DNA of 13,469 nucleotides from a virus (Duplodnaviria; Heunggongvirae; Uroviricota; Caudoviricetes): IMG/VR virus record IMGVR_UViG_2548876855_000021; one strand, 5' to 3'. Shown piece by piece: positions 1 to 8,544 of this stretch (position 1 is its first letter; each line of letters starts with the position of its first letter). The notes under the pieces were generated by a model. It saw only the letters and a program-made list of their open reading frames with translations, ran no database searches and was not told where the DNA came from. The position numbers and the translations under genes were made by a program.

Positions 1-56
1 TCCTGTTTACCTCTTTCTCAGGGAGTTTAGTCTCCAGGATTTCCGGGGCGGTTCAC
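1..56 (-). mobile_element. Terminal inverted repeat of an IS3-family insertion sequence (IS629/IS1203/IS3411-like end); IS body lies outside the window to the left
   Basis: Positions 2-56 are the exact reverse complement of 13415-13469 (55 bp). Read outward-in the sequence is GTGAACCGCCCCGGAAATCCTGGAGACTAAACTCCCTGAGAAAGAGGTAAACAGG, which from memory matches the TGAACCGCCCCGG... left end of IS629/IS1203-type elements, ending just before where the transposase orfA ATG would lie. Family assignment not verified by search. Confidence 0.55.
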
Positions 57-408
57 CTTTGATATTCACGTCAATAGTGAGCGCCCATTCATCTTGTTTT
101 CCTGCTGCAAGCGGTGAAAGCGGCATAACGCCCGCATTATTGATAAGAACATCAACTCGCCCCCAGCTATCCAGCGCTGCTTGCACGAAATCGGCCATGG
201 ACTGTCGGTCTGTGACATCCAACTCCCGCGCTTTAGCAATTCCTCCTGCGCGGCAGATTTCGGTTGCAATGGCTTCGATACGCTCAACTCTGCGTGCTCC
301 CAGTAAAACCTTTGCACCTGTCATTCCAAGCTCTCTGGCAATACCTTCCCCAATACCACTTGATGCGCCGGTAATTAATATGACCTTATCCATTACGTTC
401 TCCTTCAA
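57..408 (-). pseudogene. Short-chain dehydrogenase/reductase (SDR), N-terminal ~115 codons only; 3' part replaced by the IS end
   Basis: Track ORF 7..408 (-) has the Rossmann motif TGASSGIGEG near its N-terminus and an NNAG motif, typical of SDRs (~250 aa when intact). After ...TIDVNIKG the reading frame runs into the IS repeat (positions 1-56), so the last ~15 residues are IS-derived. Confidence 0.7.
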
Positions 409-491
409 ATGTGTTCGGAGAGAGAATAGAACTTTATGATTGGTTCCAGTATCCTGCTTTCAATGTACTCAGTGGTTAGCGGCATTAAACA
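409..491. promoter_or_regulatory. Divergent intergenic region between the SDR fragment and the LysR gene (presumed promoters and LysR operator)
   Basis: 84-bp gap between divergently oriented genes, the classic arrangement for a LysR regulator and its target. No specific -35/-10 or T-N11-A box could be placed with confidence. Confidence 0.35.
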
Positions 492-1391
492 ATGAAAATC
501 GATCTTAATCTTTTACCCATTTTTATCGCGGTAGCAGAAGAGAGTAATTTTAGTAAAGCCGCCGCACGGCTGGGCGTTACCCGTTCAGCGGTCAGTCAGG
601 GAATAAGACGCCTTGAAGATGCATTCGGGACAATGCTTGTAATGCGGACCACGCGCTCAGTTAATTTGACAGAAGCGGGAGAACGGCTGCATAAATCGCT
701 GTCATTACCTTTATCCGGTATTGAGGCAGCGTTCGAAGAGATGGTTTCTGACCATGTGCCACGCGGACTTCTCAGAATCGCGGTGACGTCAATAGCTGAA
801 GAATTTCTTTCAGGTCCGCTAATCGCTTCGTTTGCAGCAGCCAATCCAGCCGTTACGCTTGATATTGTTGTCACGGATGAGGAATTCGATATCGTGGCCG
901 CAGGTTACGATGCTGGCGTAAGGCTCGGAGAGGTCATTGAAAAAGACATGATTGCTGTGCCCCTTACCGGCAGGCAGCGTGAAATGGTCGTTGCCTCTCC
1001 CTCCTATCTCGCAGCCAACAGCACACCTGTTCATCCGCGTGAACTTGTGAATCATAAGTGTATCGGCTGGCGTCAGTCCCCGGAGGTTGCGCCTTATCGC
1101 TGGCCATTTGAAGAAAACGGGAGAGCTTTCGACCTTGCGATTGAACCGCAGATTACGACTAATGATCTGCGTCTGATGTTGAGGCTGGCTCTTGCCGGCG
1201 GAGGAATAACAATTGCCACTCAGGAAACTTTCAGGCCGTATATTGAAAGCGGTAAGCTTGTATCTCTGCTTGATGACTTTCTTCCACAATTTCCGGGCTT
1301 CTATCTGTATTTCCCACAGCGTCGCAATATTGCACCAAAGCTCCGCGCTCTGATTGACCACGTTAAGGAATGGCGGCAGCAATTGGCTTAA
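492..1391 (+). CDS. LysR-family transcriptional regulator
   Basis: 299-aa ORF with an N-terminal helix-turn-helix (LLPIFIAVAEESNFSKAAARLGVTRSAVSQGIRRLE) followed by a co-inducer-binding-type domain; ATG start; divergent from the SDR gene. Confidence 0.9.
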   Translation: MKIDLNLLPIFIAVAEESNFSKAAARLGVTRSAVSQGIRRLEDAFGTMLVMRTTRSVNLTEAGERLHKSLSLPLSGIEAAFEEMVSDHVPRGLLRIAVTSIAEEFLSGPLIASFAAANPAVTLDIVVTDEEFDIVAAGYDAGVRLGEVIEKDMIAVPLTGRQREMVVASPSYLAANSTPVHPRELVNHKCIGWRQSPEVAPYRWPFEENGRAFDLAIEPQITTNDLRLMLRLALAGGGITIATQETFRPYIESGKLVSLLDDFLPQFPGFYLYFPQRRNIAPKLRALIDHVKEWRQQLA

Positions 1392-1746
1392 ATGTCTGCA
1401 CCTGCATTGCCTGATGTCAGAACAGTATTTTGATTAATTGCCAGGGTTACAATGGCACAAATGCGGCACAGGAGGAAACGTGGTGTATTTAAATATGGGG
1501 TAACTACTTGATTTAAATGGTGCGATAATAGGAACCAATAATCGCCACCAACACAATGATTTTAATACATAAATTAAAATAGAAGATTTAAACTACACAC
1601 ACCCCTATACACATTGGTGAAGGCGTTCGCTTTCCGCGCATTCTCAAGGCAGAAAAAACTTTTTTTGGGGGAAAACTGTTCATACTACTCATTGTGTTTT
1701 TTTTCATTAATATTCAAAAAGATATGAAATTAACGATTGATAAGAA

Positions 1747-1766
1747 GTGAACACTTTACTGTTCAC
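1747..1766. repeat. Perfect inverted repeat GTGAACA-N6-TGTTCAC
   Basis: gtgaaca ctttac tgttcac read directly at 1747-1766; the right arm continues as TGTTCACC (1760-1767), the octamer I recall as the P4 alpha-binding type I iteron. Confidence 0.5.
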
Positions 1767-2066
1767 CTTGACTGATTAATAAGTGCATAAAAACCTAATT
1801 TTTGAGCACGGAAGGTATTTGTTCCTTACCCCATTTTTTCTCTTTAGTCCAGTACAACAAAAAATGCGCCCAACAGAAAACTGTTTTGAATTTAAATGCA
1901 ATCGCTTTGTAGTGATTGTAACGTAAGTTGATTTGATGGGTGCGATTTTGTTTAGCGATAATGGTATGTTGTAAAAATCATTTCGTTGCAATAAAATTGC
2001 ATCGCTACATTTTATAGACAATATCAATTAAATTTTAATACTCATTATTAATTTTGAGGCTAACAA

Positions 2067-3023
2067 GTGACTAGTTATTCAAACTTTTCCAATCAAATAA
2101 AAGAAACCATCAATAATAAATTCGATCATGAAATTCATGATTGGGACATTATAAAAAACTCAATCACAACTTTAATAAATAAAAATATCCATGGTGCAGG
2201 TAGAAATATCGTTGATTTTATAGATTTAGGTAACTGGGATTTTATTTCAAACTTTTCCTTTGATGACTCTACAAGAAGACTTGAATTAGAGTGGCACCCC
2301 AATGATAAATTCCATATATATATTGAGTCCGTTGTGTTTGTCGAGTTTAATGACACTATATATGCTTTCTTAAAGGGATACTATCACAATCAGTTATCTC
2401 TAAATAGAATATATAATACAAAATGCTCTTCATGTTCATTTGAAAACTCAGGTTCTTATATGGTAGACGTTTATAGAACGGTTAAAAGAGTAAATGAGAC
2501 AATCCAGACCCCAAATATAAATTGCTATACTACATGTATTTTAACAAGGCCCGCAAATGGTCATGTTACATCTACAGGCTTCTCACGAAACCTCATGGAT
2601 GCGATAAATATTTCATTAGCAGAGCACAAAATAGCCTCTTTACATAATGAAGTCATGAGTATTGAGGAATATGATCGTGATTCTTTACAAGAGAAAGGAA
2701 ATACTGCCAGGAGATATTTAGAATATATTCTCATGCTTGTTAATATTCGTATAATGCATTTAAACAACGTTCAATACCAAGAGCAAATGCTAGGTAGTTT
2801 AGTTTCTGTTATTGAGGCTCTGGACTATGAACCATTAATGAAAAATGATGTTGAAATTACAAAGGACATCCTTAATGCTTGCAGCCACCACGGGGGGGTT
2901 AGAATTGAAAAGAAAGATGTAATTTTTTCTTTGGAAGTTATTGAAAACTTAATTAAAGCCATAAAGAAAACCGACATAAATAAATTACAACTCGATGGGA
3001 TGTTTAAATCAATTCAAAAATAA
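2067..3023 (+). CDS. Hypothetical protein, AT-rich cargo gene of unknown function
   Basis: 318-aa ORF with GTG start preceded by GAGG about 8 nt upstream; N/I/K/Y-rich composition in a visibly AT-rich segment (1392-3155) that contrasts with the GC-richer flanks. No motif recognised by eye. Confidence 0.55.
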   Translation: MTSYSNFSNQIKETINNKFDHEIHDWDIIKNSITTLINKNIHGAGRNIVDFIDLGNWDFISNFSFDDSTRRLELEWHPNDKFHIYIESVVFVEFNDTIYAFLKGYYHNQLSLNRIYNTKCSSCSFENSGSYMVDVYRTVKRVNETIQTPNINCYTTCILTRPANGHVTSTGFSRNLMDAINISLAEHKIASLHNEVMSIEEYDRDSLQEKGNTARRYLEYILMLVNIRIMHLNNVQYQEQMLGSLVSVIEALDYEPLMKNDVEITKDILNACSHHGGVRIEKKDVIFSLEVIENLIKAIKKTDINKLQLDGMFKSIQK

Positions 3024-3127
3024 ACATCATCTAACAATGAATTAGATGCATTTTCCGCTGACGCCTTAGCATATAACTTTTAAATTTTATCGATATATAT
3101 TTTGAGATAATTTCCTGTAGCGGATTT

Positions 3128-3148
3128 AAGACCGGCACAGCCGGTCTT
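3128..3148. terminator. Hairpin between convergent genes (possible bidirectional terminator)
   Basis: AAGACCGGC aca GCCGGTCTT: 9-bp perfect stem with a 3-nt loop, lying between the end of the 2067-3023 ORF (+) and the end of the alpha-like gene (-). No strong U-tract on either strand. Confidence 0.35.
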
Positions 3149-3155
3149 AGGTCAG

Positions 3156-5546
3156 TTATTTCGCTGCAAACTCATCGCATTTTGGCAACCAGTCAGCATT
3201 GCTTTCCTCTCTTAGGGCCAGATTAGTCTGCATTCCTTGATTGGTCCGTCGTTTCTCATACTGCAGCCCATATTCCTTGAGCATTAACGGTAGCCCCTTG
3301 CCAAACATGGTCAGACTGAGCGTATTTTTATAGCCGTTAGCCTCCATGTAGACCAGATAGGCATGGTAGAGGTAAGTTCGAGGCTGACGTGGAACAATAT
3401 TAGCGTTCCCCATAAACATGCCCGTGGTGTCAGGTAGGACCTCAAGGTAGCCGCAAAAATCAAAAGCTGAATCAGCATCACGTTTGATGGTGAGCGCTTC
3501 ATCGGAGTTCTGCTGTGACTGAAGCAATGTCCTGGCACTCATTGGGTCGCTGAAACGCTGCATAAGCTGGCGAACAATCACCGCTAGCTCACTGGCAATT
3601 TTCTCTTTGAGCTGGGTATCGCGTTCCTCCGGGGCTATCTGGTCGGGGAAATGCAGGATCACCCTTCGGCGTGAAACTCCACCACTACGATCAGTGAAGC
3701 GCATCGGATTATTGTTCACAGCCAGGATGACCGCCGGGATGTGGGTTGAATAGGCGTTCTGATATTTGGGATCAACGGATACCGCATCGCCGCCAGTGAT
3801 GGCTTTTAGTCCGGCCCCGTCACCGCTCCACTTTTCCTGGTCGGGAAGTCGAATCAGTGAAAAACCTATTAACGCAGCTCGTTCTCTTGGCGACTCAAGC
3901 ATTTCAATGGTTGCCGAGGTCGCGTTATCTTCACCCGCCAGCATGGTTGCTATTTCAGCAAGAATACTCTTTCCACTTCCGCCAGGGCCAGTGACCTCCA
4001 GAAACAGCTGCCAGTCATAACGGTTAGCCAGCACCATAAACAATGCAGCCAGAATAATGTCCCGTTTTTCAGGATTAAAACCTGCGGCACGATCCAGCCA
4101 GCGCCAGAATGCCGGGGCATGGGTTTCCAGTGACTCACCGTCAACGGGCTGCGTGTAATCCACCTCGCACAGCGTACGTAACCAGTGCTTCTTATCGTGC
4201 GGGCTGAACAATCCTGTCCGGGTATCGAGCACACCGTTGCGAAATCCGATAAGTTGCCGCGCCGGATTCTGCTGTTGCGGAACGATCAGTTTGAGGGTTT
4301 CCACGAGAGACGCAATTTTCGCGGATGAAAAAGGTGCGTCGAGGCGCTGAAACAGCGCAGCGACATCACGGGCAAAATCGGCGTAATAGATAACTTTCCA
4401 GGCCCCCGCCTCATAGCGTGAAAGGAGCTGCCCGTTCGGGTCTACTGCCAGTGAATTTTTATAGTGATCCACTACCCTCTGCGCTTTTTCGCTGACGCTC
4501 AGCGCGGTAAATTCAGCTTCGCTCATTGTGTCGAAGGGGCTGGCAACAGCTGGTTTTATTACTTCATGAATTGCATGCCGGGTGGCTTCTTCGCCGTTTT
4601 GCGTGAATGCATCGTTCCAGTCACCAAACACAGGCGGGAGCGCCATTGTGCAATTGCAGGCCCCGGTAACAGCTGCGCCCCTTGTTTGCCCCGCACCGTT
4701 GAGATCGCGGTCAGCAGCAATAATTATCTGGTGCGTTGGGTACTCACTGCAGGCAATGCTCGCCAGGGAAAGGAAATTGACGGACGAAAAGGCCACCATG
4801 ACAGCATCGCCAGTCAGATAGTTGATAGTAAGTGCGGTGGCATATCCTTCCGCTATCCAGAGCCGTTTGGCTGCTTTGGCAGTACCTTCAACCAGGTAAA
4901 AGGCATTCTTAACCTGACCGCCTTTAAGGAAGCATTTGCCCCCATTAGCGTTGATTAACTGCAGATTTACCAGCTCTCCATCTGCATACAATGGAACGAC
5001 AAGATCTCCCGCGCGAAATGCCACACCACCGACTTTATGCATAGCGGTTAATTCCCGGCAAGGCAGTGCAGGAAACCCTTTACTCGTCAGATAGGCATTG
5101 CCAGTGGTCTGGCGGGACTTATCAAACAAACGGGCAGCCAGCACTGCTGCAGCTTTTCTCCCGTCCTCTTTTTCAGGAGAACCAGATTCAAGCATTCCCT
5201 GAGATACTGGCAGCAGGTTTCCGATAATGCCGTTTATTCTGTCTGCCGCTTCACTAATGCCTACATCCAGTACTTTACTTACAAGCGCCAGGCCATCACC
5301 TGCCCCGCACTGGTTACAGAACCACGTTCCCCGCCCTTCCTGGTCATCAAATCGAAAGCGGTCTTTCCCGGCACAGACCGGGCAGGGCTGGTGCCGATTT
5401 TTCAGTACATTTACGCCCAGCGCAGGTAAAATTCTTGACCAGTGACCCCGAGCTGCTTTCTCAGCCTGGCTAACTTTCATTCCTGACATTGTGCGGCCCT
5501 CCTTAGTGCAGCGCTGGTTTGTTGAGGTGACGGGAACAAAGTTCAT
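3156..5546 (-). CDS. P4 alpha-like primase-helicase (zinc-ribbon primase plus D5-type helicase)
   Basis: 796-aa ORF with an N-terminal zinc-binding motif [31 protein letters not shown] and a Walker A P-loop [11 protein letters not shown] in the C-terminal half, the architecture of phage P4 alpha. The true start is probably an internal Met (MSGMKV or MKVSQ, about 5480-5489), since the track start overlaps the upstream ORF. Confidence 0.9.
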   Translation of the reverse strand: MNFVPVTSTNQRCTKEGRTMSGMKVSQAEKAARGHWSRILPALGVNVLKNRHQPCPVCAGKDRFRFDDQEGRGTWFCNQCGAGDGLALVSKVLDVGISEAADRINGIIGNLLPVSQGMLESGSPEKEDGRKAAAVLAARLFDKSRQTTGNAYLTSKGFPALPCRELTAMHKVGGVAFRAGDLVVPLYADGELVNLQLINANGGKCFLKGGQVKNAFYLVEGTAKAAKRLWIAEGYATALTINYLTGDAVMVAFSSVNFLSLASIACSEYPTHQIIIAADRDLNGAGQTRGAAVTGACNCTMALPPVFGDWNDAFTQNGEEATRHAIHEVIKPAVASPFDTMSEAEFTALSVSEKAQRVVDHYKNSLAVDPNGQLLSRYEAGAWKVIYYADFARDVAALFQRLDAPFSSAKIASLVETLKLIVPQQQNPARQLIGFRNGVLDTRTGLFSPHDKKHWLRTLCEVDYTQPVDGESLETHAPAFWRWLDRAAGFNPEKRDIILAALFMVLANRYDWQLFLEVTGPGGSGKSILAEIATMLAGEDNATSATIEMLESPRERAALIGFSLIRLPDQEKWSGDGAGLKAITGGDAVSVDPKYQNAYSTHIPAVILAVNNNPMRFTDRSGGVSRRRVILHFPDQIAPEERDTQLKEKIASELAVIVRQLMQRFSDPMSARTLLQSQQNSDEALTIKRDADSAFDFCGYLEVLPDTTGMFMGNANIVPRQPRTYLYHAYLVYMEANGYKNTLSLTMFGKGLPLMLKEYGLQYEKRRTNQGMQTNLALREESNADWLPKCDEFAAK

Positions 5547-5826
5547 CCATGACCGTCATTCCGAGCAGTGAGAGAACCGGACAGGCTTTAAGCGGCCCCG
5601 ACTCCATCAGATCCGAAAGCAACGCGCAGGCAATTTCCAGCCCTCTTTGCTGCCCATGCTGGCGCAGATAGAACCCTTCCAGCTCGCGGGCTATGGCATC
5701 TTCAAGTTCAGCGAGCGTCAGGCCGGAATAACGTTCCTGATGATTGCTTAGAGCCAGCCAGGCACAGGCAACGGCACGGCGATACAGAGCGGCACGAAGT
5801 GCCAGAAGAGATTCACAGCATATCAT
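5503..5826 (-). CDS. Hypothetical small protein of the P4-like early (left) operon
   Basis: 107-aa ORF immediately upstream of and co-oriented with alpha, where P4 carries small early genes. No motif recognised. Confidence 0.5.
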   Translation of the reverse strand: MICCESLLALRAALYRRAVACAWLALSNHQERYSGLTLAELEDAIARELEGFYLRQHGQQRGLEIACALLSDLMESGPLKACPVLSLLGMTVMDELCSRHLNKPALH

Positions 5827-6047
5827 CAGGCCACCTCCGCATTCATCAGGTCGTCATGGCAGCGTTGCACCACTCCATCCAGTTGCTCTGTCATCAGATA
5901 AATGAGGGAAACCAGTTGTTCGCATTGGGCACCTGCTGGCTTTTCATAACAGTCCTGCAGGGCTGCCATGCCAGTTACATACTCACCCACATTGCGTAAA
6001 TGTTTCAGCCTTACAACATCGTCGTAGGAAATCTCAAACTGGTTCAT
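5826..6047 (-). CDS. Hypothetical small protein of the P4-like early (left) operon
   Basis: 73-aa ORF ([12 protein letters not shown]...) adjoining the 107-aa ORF on the same strand; function unknown. Confidence 0.45.
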   Translation of the reverse strand: MNQFEISYDDVVRLKHLRNVGEYVTGMAALQDCYEKPAGAQCEQLVSLIYLMTEQLDGVVQRCHDDLMNAEVA

Positions 6048-6059
6048 AGCGTCACCTCC

Positions 6060-6600
6060 CCGGCAGGCAGCCGTGCAGAAAGGGAGAGTACATAATCTCG
6101 GACTAGCAAACGGCGCGCGGAACGCTCATCGCAGGAGACAGTGCGAAGCATACAGATGCGGGGGTGAGTGTCAGCACGGCGGATTGCGGCAAACACAAAG
6201 ACATATTGCGGGTGTGACGGGGTGAGGATTGTAGCCATGATGGCAGCCTCCAATAAGTAGCGGTTATTGCTACCACCGGAAACGCCAATTTCACTGGTGG
6301 CAGCCCGAACGGGGTTGGCGTAACCGGCCTTATTGGAAACCGGCCAGCCCGAAGGCTGCCCCGCCCGGACTACCATTATCTCGATAGAACCATGGTGTAA
6401 GCATAAACACCACAGCCCTGAAAATGGTTGTGCCTGAGCTACGACGTAAAAAAAGACGCAAGGGGCGTCAATTGTCGCCAATAAGTTATACGGAACGCCA
6501 ATTCCGGCTGCCGATTTTGCGACAGCGGAAAAACTATACCTGGAAATGACGACAGTAAGCAAGCCAGAATAAAGGTATTTAATGTATGCAGGTATCATCA
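6060..6600 (-). other. GC-rich, apparently non-coding leader between the alpA-like gene and the small early ORFs; candidate structured or immunity RNA region
   Basis: The only ORF here (track 6044..6601, 185 aa) has an implausible composition. The region contains long-range complementary segments, e.g. ggcagcctccaataag (6242-6257) against cttattgg...aaggctgcc (6331-6362). Confidence 0.25.
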
Positions 6601-6858
6601 TGCATCACATCCCCGCCCACGGGCGCTGATGCGGTCCGCCATCCATGCGCTGACCTCAGACTGTGCCCAGGCGACATTTTTACCGCCAAGCGGGATCTGC
6701 TTCGGAAACGCATCGCGGCTGATCAGGTCGTAAACGGTCGAACGGGACAACCCGCATAAGTGCATCACCTCAGGCAGGCGTAAAAATCGCTCATGATGGT
6801 TCGATACAGGAAATAATGGCGCAGCAGGAGCTGGCGCAGACACAGAAATATTACGCAT
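6598..6858 (-). CDS. alpA: AlpA/Vis-family phage transcriptional regulator (excisionase-like helix-turn-helix)
   Basis: 86-aa ORF; the motif [48 protein letters not shown] resembles the AlpA/P4 Vis family, and the gene sits upstream of the alpha operon as in P4-like elements. Confidence 0.8.
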   Translation of the reverse strand: MRNISVSAPAPAAPLFPVSNHHERFLRLPEVMHLCGLSRSTVYDLISRDAFPKQIPLGGKNVAWAQSEVSAWMADRISARGRGCDA

Positions 6859-6890
6859 TTATCTACCCTCTTTAATTTCCACAACAGTCC

Positions 6891-6908
6891 GGATGAATTT
6901 ATCCGGGT
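6891..6908. promoter_or_regulatory. Palindrome CCGGAT-N6-ATCCGG upstream of the alpA-like gene (candidate operator)
   Basis: Perfect 6-bp inverted repeat with a 6-bp spacer, 33-50 bp upstream of the alpA-like start codon. Confidence 0.3.
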
Positions 6909-7410
6909 TCAGGTAGTTCCTTATTATGTGTATATAAACCACCTGCGCACGCATTTTTTATTTAGCGTCACATATTGATTTTATGGAATTTAAAGCCCGA
7001 TTAAACCATATAAAATGACATAATAAATACCATGCCTGCGGACTATAAATACAGGAGCATTAATAGGAACTACCATTCACCCAGGGTTTACTATCCTATG
7101 GGTCATTGCACCTGATAGTGCTAACCCCACCGCCAATACAGCAAGGCAGTACAACTTCTACACGAGGCCTTGCATTGCAGGCCCCAATTTCCGGGCATAT
7201 TTTTGAATCGCATCCAACTTATAAACATTGGGCCTGCATAAAAACCTTGATATTAAATAACATCACCTTAAATCGTAAAATATATCCGAATGAATCCATA
7301 AAGAACCGGACAGATCTAGTTTTATAAAAATCAGTATGAAATGCAACACCATGGCCAGAGGCGAAAATGTTATTCCCCGGCAAAAACATGCAGTCTATTT
7401 ATGTGCCTGT

Positions 7411-7625
7411 TGAATACTCCTGAATAAGGGTGAATAGTGGTGAGGAGCAAAAAACAAATAGCTACGAGGAATAAAAAAACCACCCATTATGAAAAAATAC
7501 CATAAATAATTTTATTCCCATGTGAACAGTTATGAACAGTCGATGAATACTGCCATGCCAACCCTTCACCTTATAACCTTCTGTATTACCTATTTTTTTT
7601 ACCTAAGTGAATAGTAGTGAATAGT
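7411..7625. repeat. Iteron-like direct repeats TGAA(T/C)A(G/C/A)T in three clusters with about 10-bp phasing
   Basis: Copies start at 7411 (tgaatact), 7421 (tgaataag), 7431 (tgaatagt), 7523 (tgaacagt), 7533 (tgaacagt), 7544 (tgaatact), 7608 (tgaatagt) and 7618 (tgaatagt), with 10-11 bp spacing inside each cluster. They lie in the intergenic region between the divergent alpA/alpha and sid/psu/ogr operons. Confidence 0.5.
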
Positions 7626-7686
7626 TAAGGTAAGTCTGAAACAGCCTTAGTTAAACGAGGCCTTTTCTGGCTAGCCAAAAGAGGTC

Positions 7687-7700
7687 CGGGGCGGTTCAGT
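7687..7700. repeat. Internal 14-bp copy of the outermost IS terminus (TCCGGGGCGGTTCA)
   Basis: Identical to positions 42-55, i.e. the terminal 14 nt of the flanking IS inverted repeat, but with no IS body attached. Confidence 0.4.
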
Positions 7701-7703
7701 CTT

Positions 7704-7759
7704 TGTCTTGTCGCTCGCACAATGGCGTTCAATGGCAGCTTTGTATGCATCACAGCACA
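7704..7759 (+). promoter_or_regulatory. Two TGT-N12-ACA elements upstream of the sid-like gene (candidate Ogr/Delta-activated late promoter)
   Basis: TGT(7704-7706)-N12-ACA(7719-7721) and TGT(7742-7744)-N12-ACA(7757-7759). P2/P4 late promoters activated by Ogr/Delta carry a TGT-N12-ACA dyad near -55. A TTGACA hexamer lies at 7761-7766 and an AGGTG ribosome-binding site 5 nt before the ATG at 7792. Confidence 0.45.
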
Positions 7760-7791
7760 ATTGACACCACGACAAACCACTAGGTGCTGAC

Positions 7792-8544
7792 ATGACAATC
7801 CCAGAACAGAACAATAACCCGATCGTTGAAATTTCTATCCCTGTTTCGACGCAACAGGCGCTTGAGAAAGTGAATGCCACCAAATCTGCATGGCTTGAAG
7901 CACGTCGTCAGCAAAAAGCGGCAGCGGATAATATTGCGACAATCCGCCAGCGCCGCGCTGAAATGGAAGCCACGACGAACGCCCTGAATGAGGAGTGGCG
8001 CACGCTATTTCGTGAAAGTCAGGGCGTAGTCTCAAAGGAAATGAAAAAACTGCGCACGGAAATTGCGCTGGGACGAGAAACGCTTGAGGATTTTGATGAG
8101 CTGCTGGCGGCTCAGGAAAGCGAAAATGCACTTTTGCCGCAGGAGGCTGCGGAATTAGCCGGAAAGTATATCCACGCGCACGACACCCTTGTGGGTATTC
8201 GCGCAAAACAAATCTGGGAAGATTTTATGCAGTCGCATGGAAAAGCACTAATCCAGACACTAAGCCTGCTCAAATCAACAATGGGCAGGGAAGCCAGCGC
8301 AGTTGTCGGTGTGGTGCATTCAGTTAATGACCCGGACACACTGCTGAAAGATTTTATTCATAAACATATCACCAGACCGGCTCTGACTAACGATGCGATG
8401 CCCGAACAGGACCCCGTGTTTAAACTGGCGGGAGTTGCCCCGGATTATGCGGCCCGTCTGGATTTCAGTAATAAACTCTCTCCAGCAGCTATGCATAAAA
8501 TGAAGGTTCGTCAGGAACGTGCTGAGAAGGAGAAAGCAGTATGA
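7792..8544 (+). CDS. sid: Sid-like capsid size-determination (external scaffold) protein, Sid/Psu family
   Basis: 250-aa ORF (P4 Sid is about 244 aa) directly upstream of the psu-like gene with an ATGA stop/start overlap at 8541-8544. Shares a Psu-like segment (EDFMQSHGKALIQTLSLL). Sid versus a Psu paralogue is not resolved by eye. Confidence 0.6.
   Translation: MTIPEQNNNPIVEISIPVSTQQALEKVNATKSAWLEARRQQKAAADNIATIRQRRAEMEATTNALNEEWRTLFRESQGVVSKEMKKLRTEIALGRETLEDFDELLAAQESENALLPQEAAELAGKYIHAHDTLVGIRAKQIWEDFMQSHGKALIQTLSLLKSTMGREASAVVGVVHSVNDPDTLLKDFIHKHITRPALTNDAMPEQDPVFKLAGVAPDYAARLDFSNKLSPAAMHKMKVRQERAEKEKAV

Noticed and set aside
59-1382. ORFs antisense to or overlapping the SDR and LysR genes (59..439 +, 66..317 -, 596..874 -, 819..1382 -)
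   Set aside because: They are shadow frames of well-supported genes on the opposite strand or in another frame, with no independent motif support.
3311-5445. Several 70-165-aa ORFs nested within or antisense to the alpha-like gene
   Set aside because: They lie inside a long, well-supported coding region; shadow ORFs are typical for GC-rich coding sequence.
6044-6601. Track ORF of 185 aa on the minus strand (and the nested 63-aa ORF 6103..6294)
   Set aside because: Implausible amino-acid composition and no start context; it falls in a GC-rich leader where an open frame is expected by chance. Treated as non-coding, possibly an RNA region.
7106-7327. Track ORF of 73 aa on the plus strand in the divergent intergenic region
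   Set aside because: No ribosome-binding site, low-complexity sequence, and located in the regulatory region; likely spurious.
7657-7687. Imperfect palindrome around TGGCTAGCCA upstream of the sid-like promoter as a terminator
   Set aside because: The arms pair poorly beyond the 10-bp central palindrome and there is no U-tract; it may be an operator, but the evidence is too weak to call.
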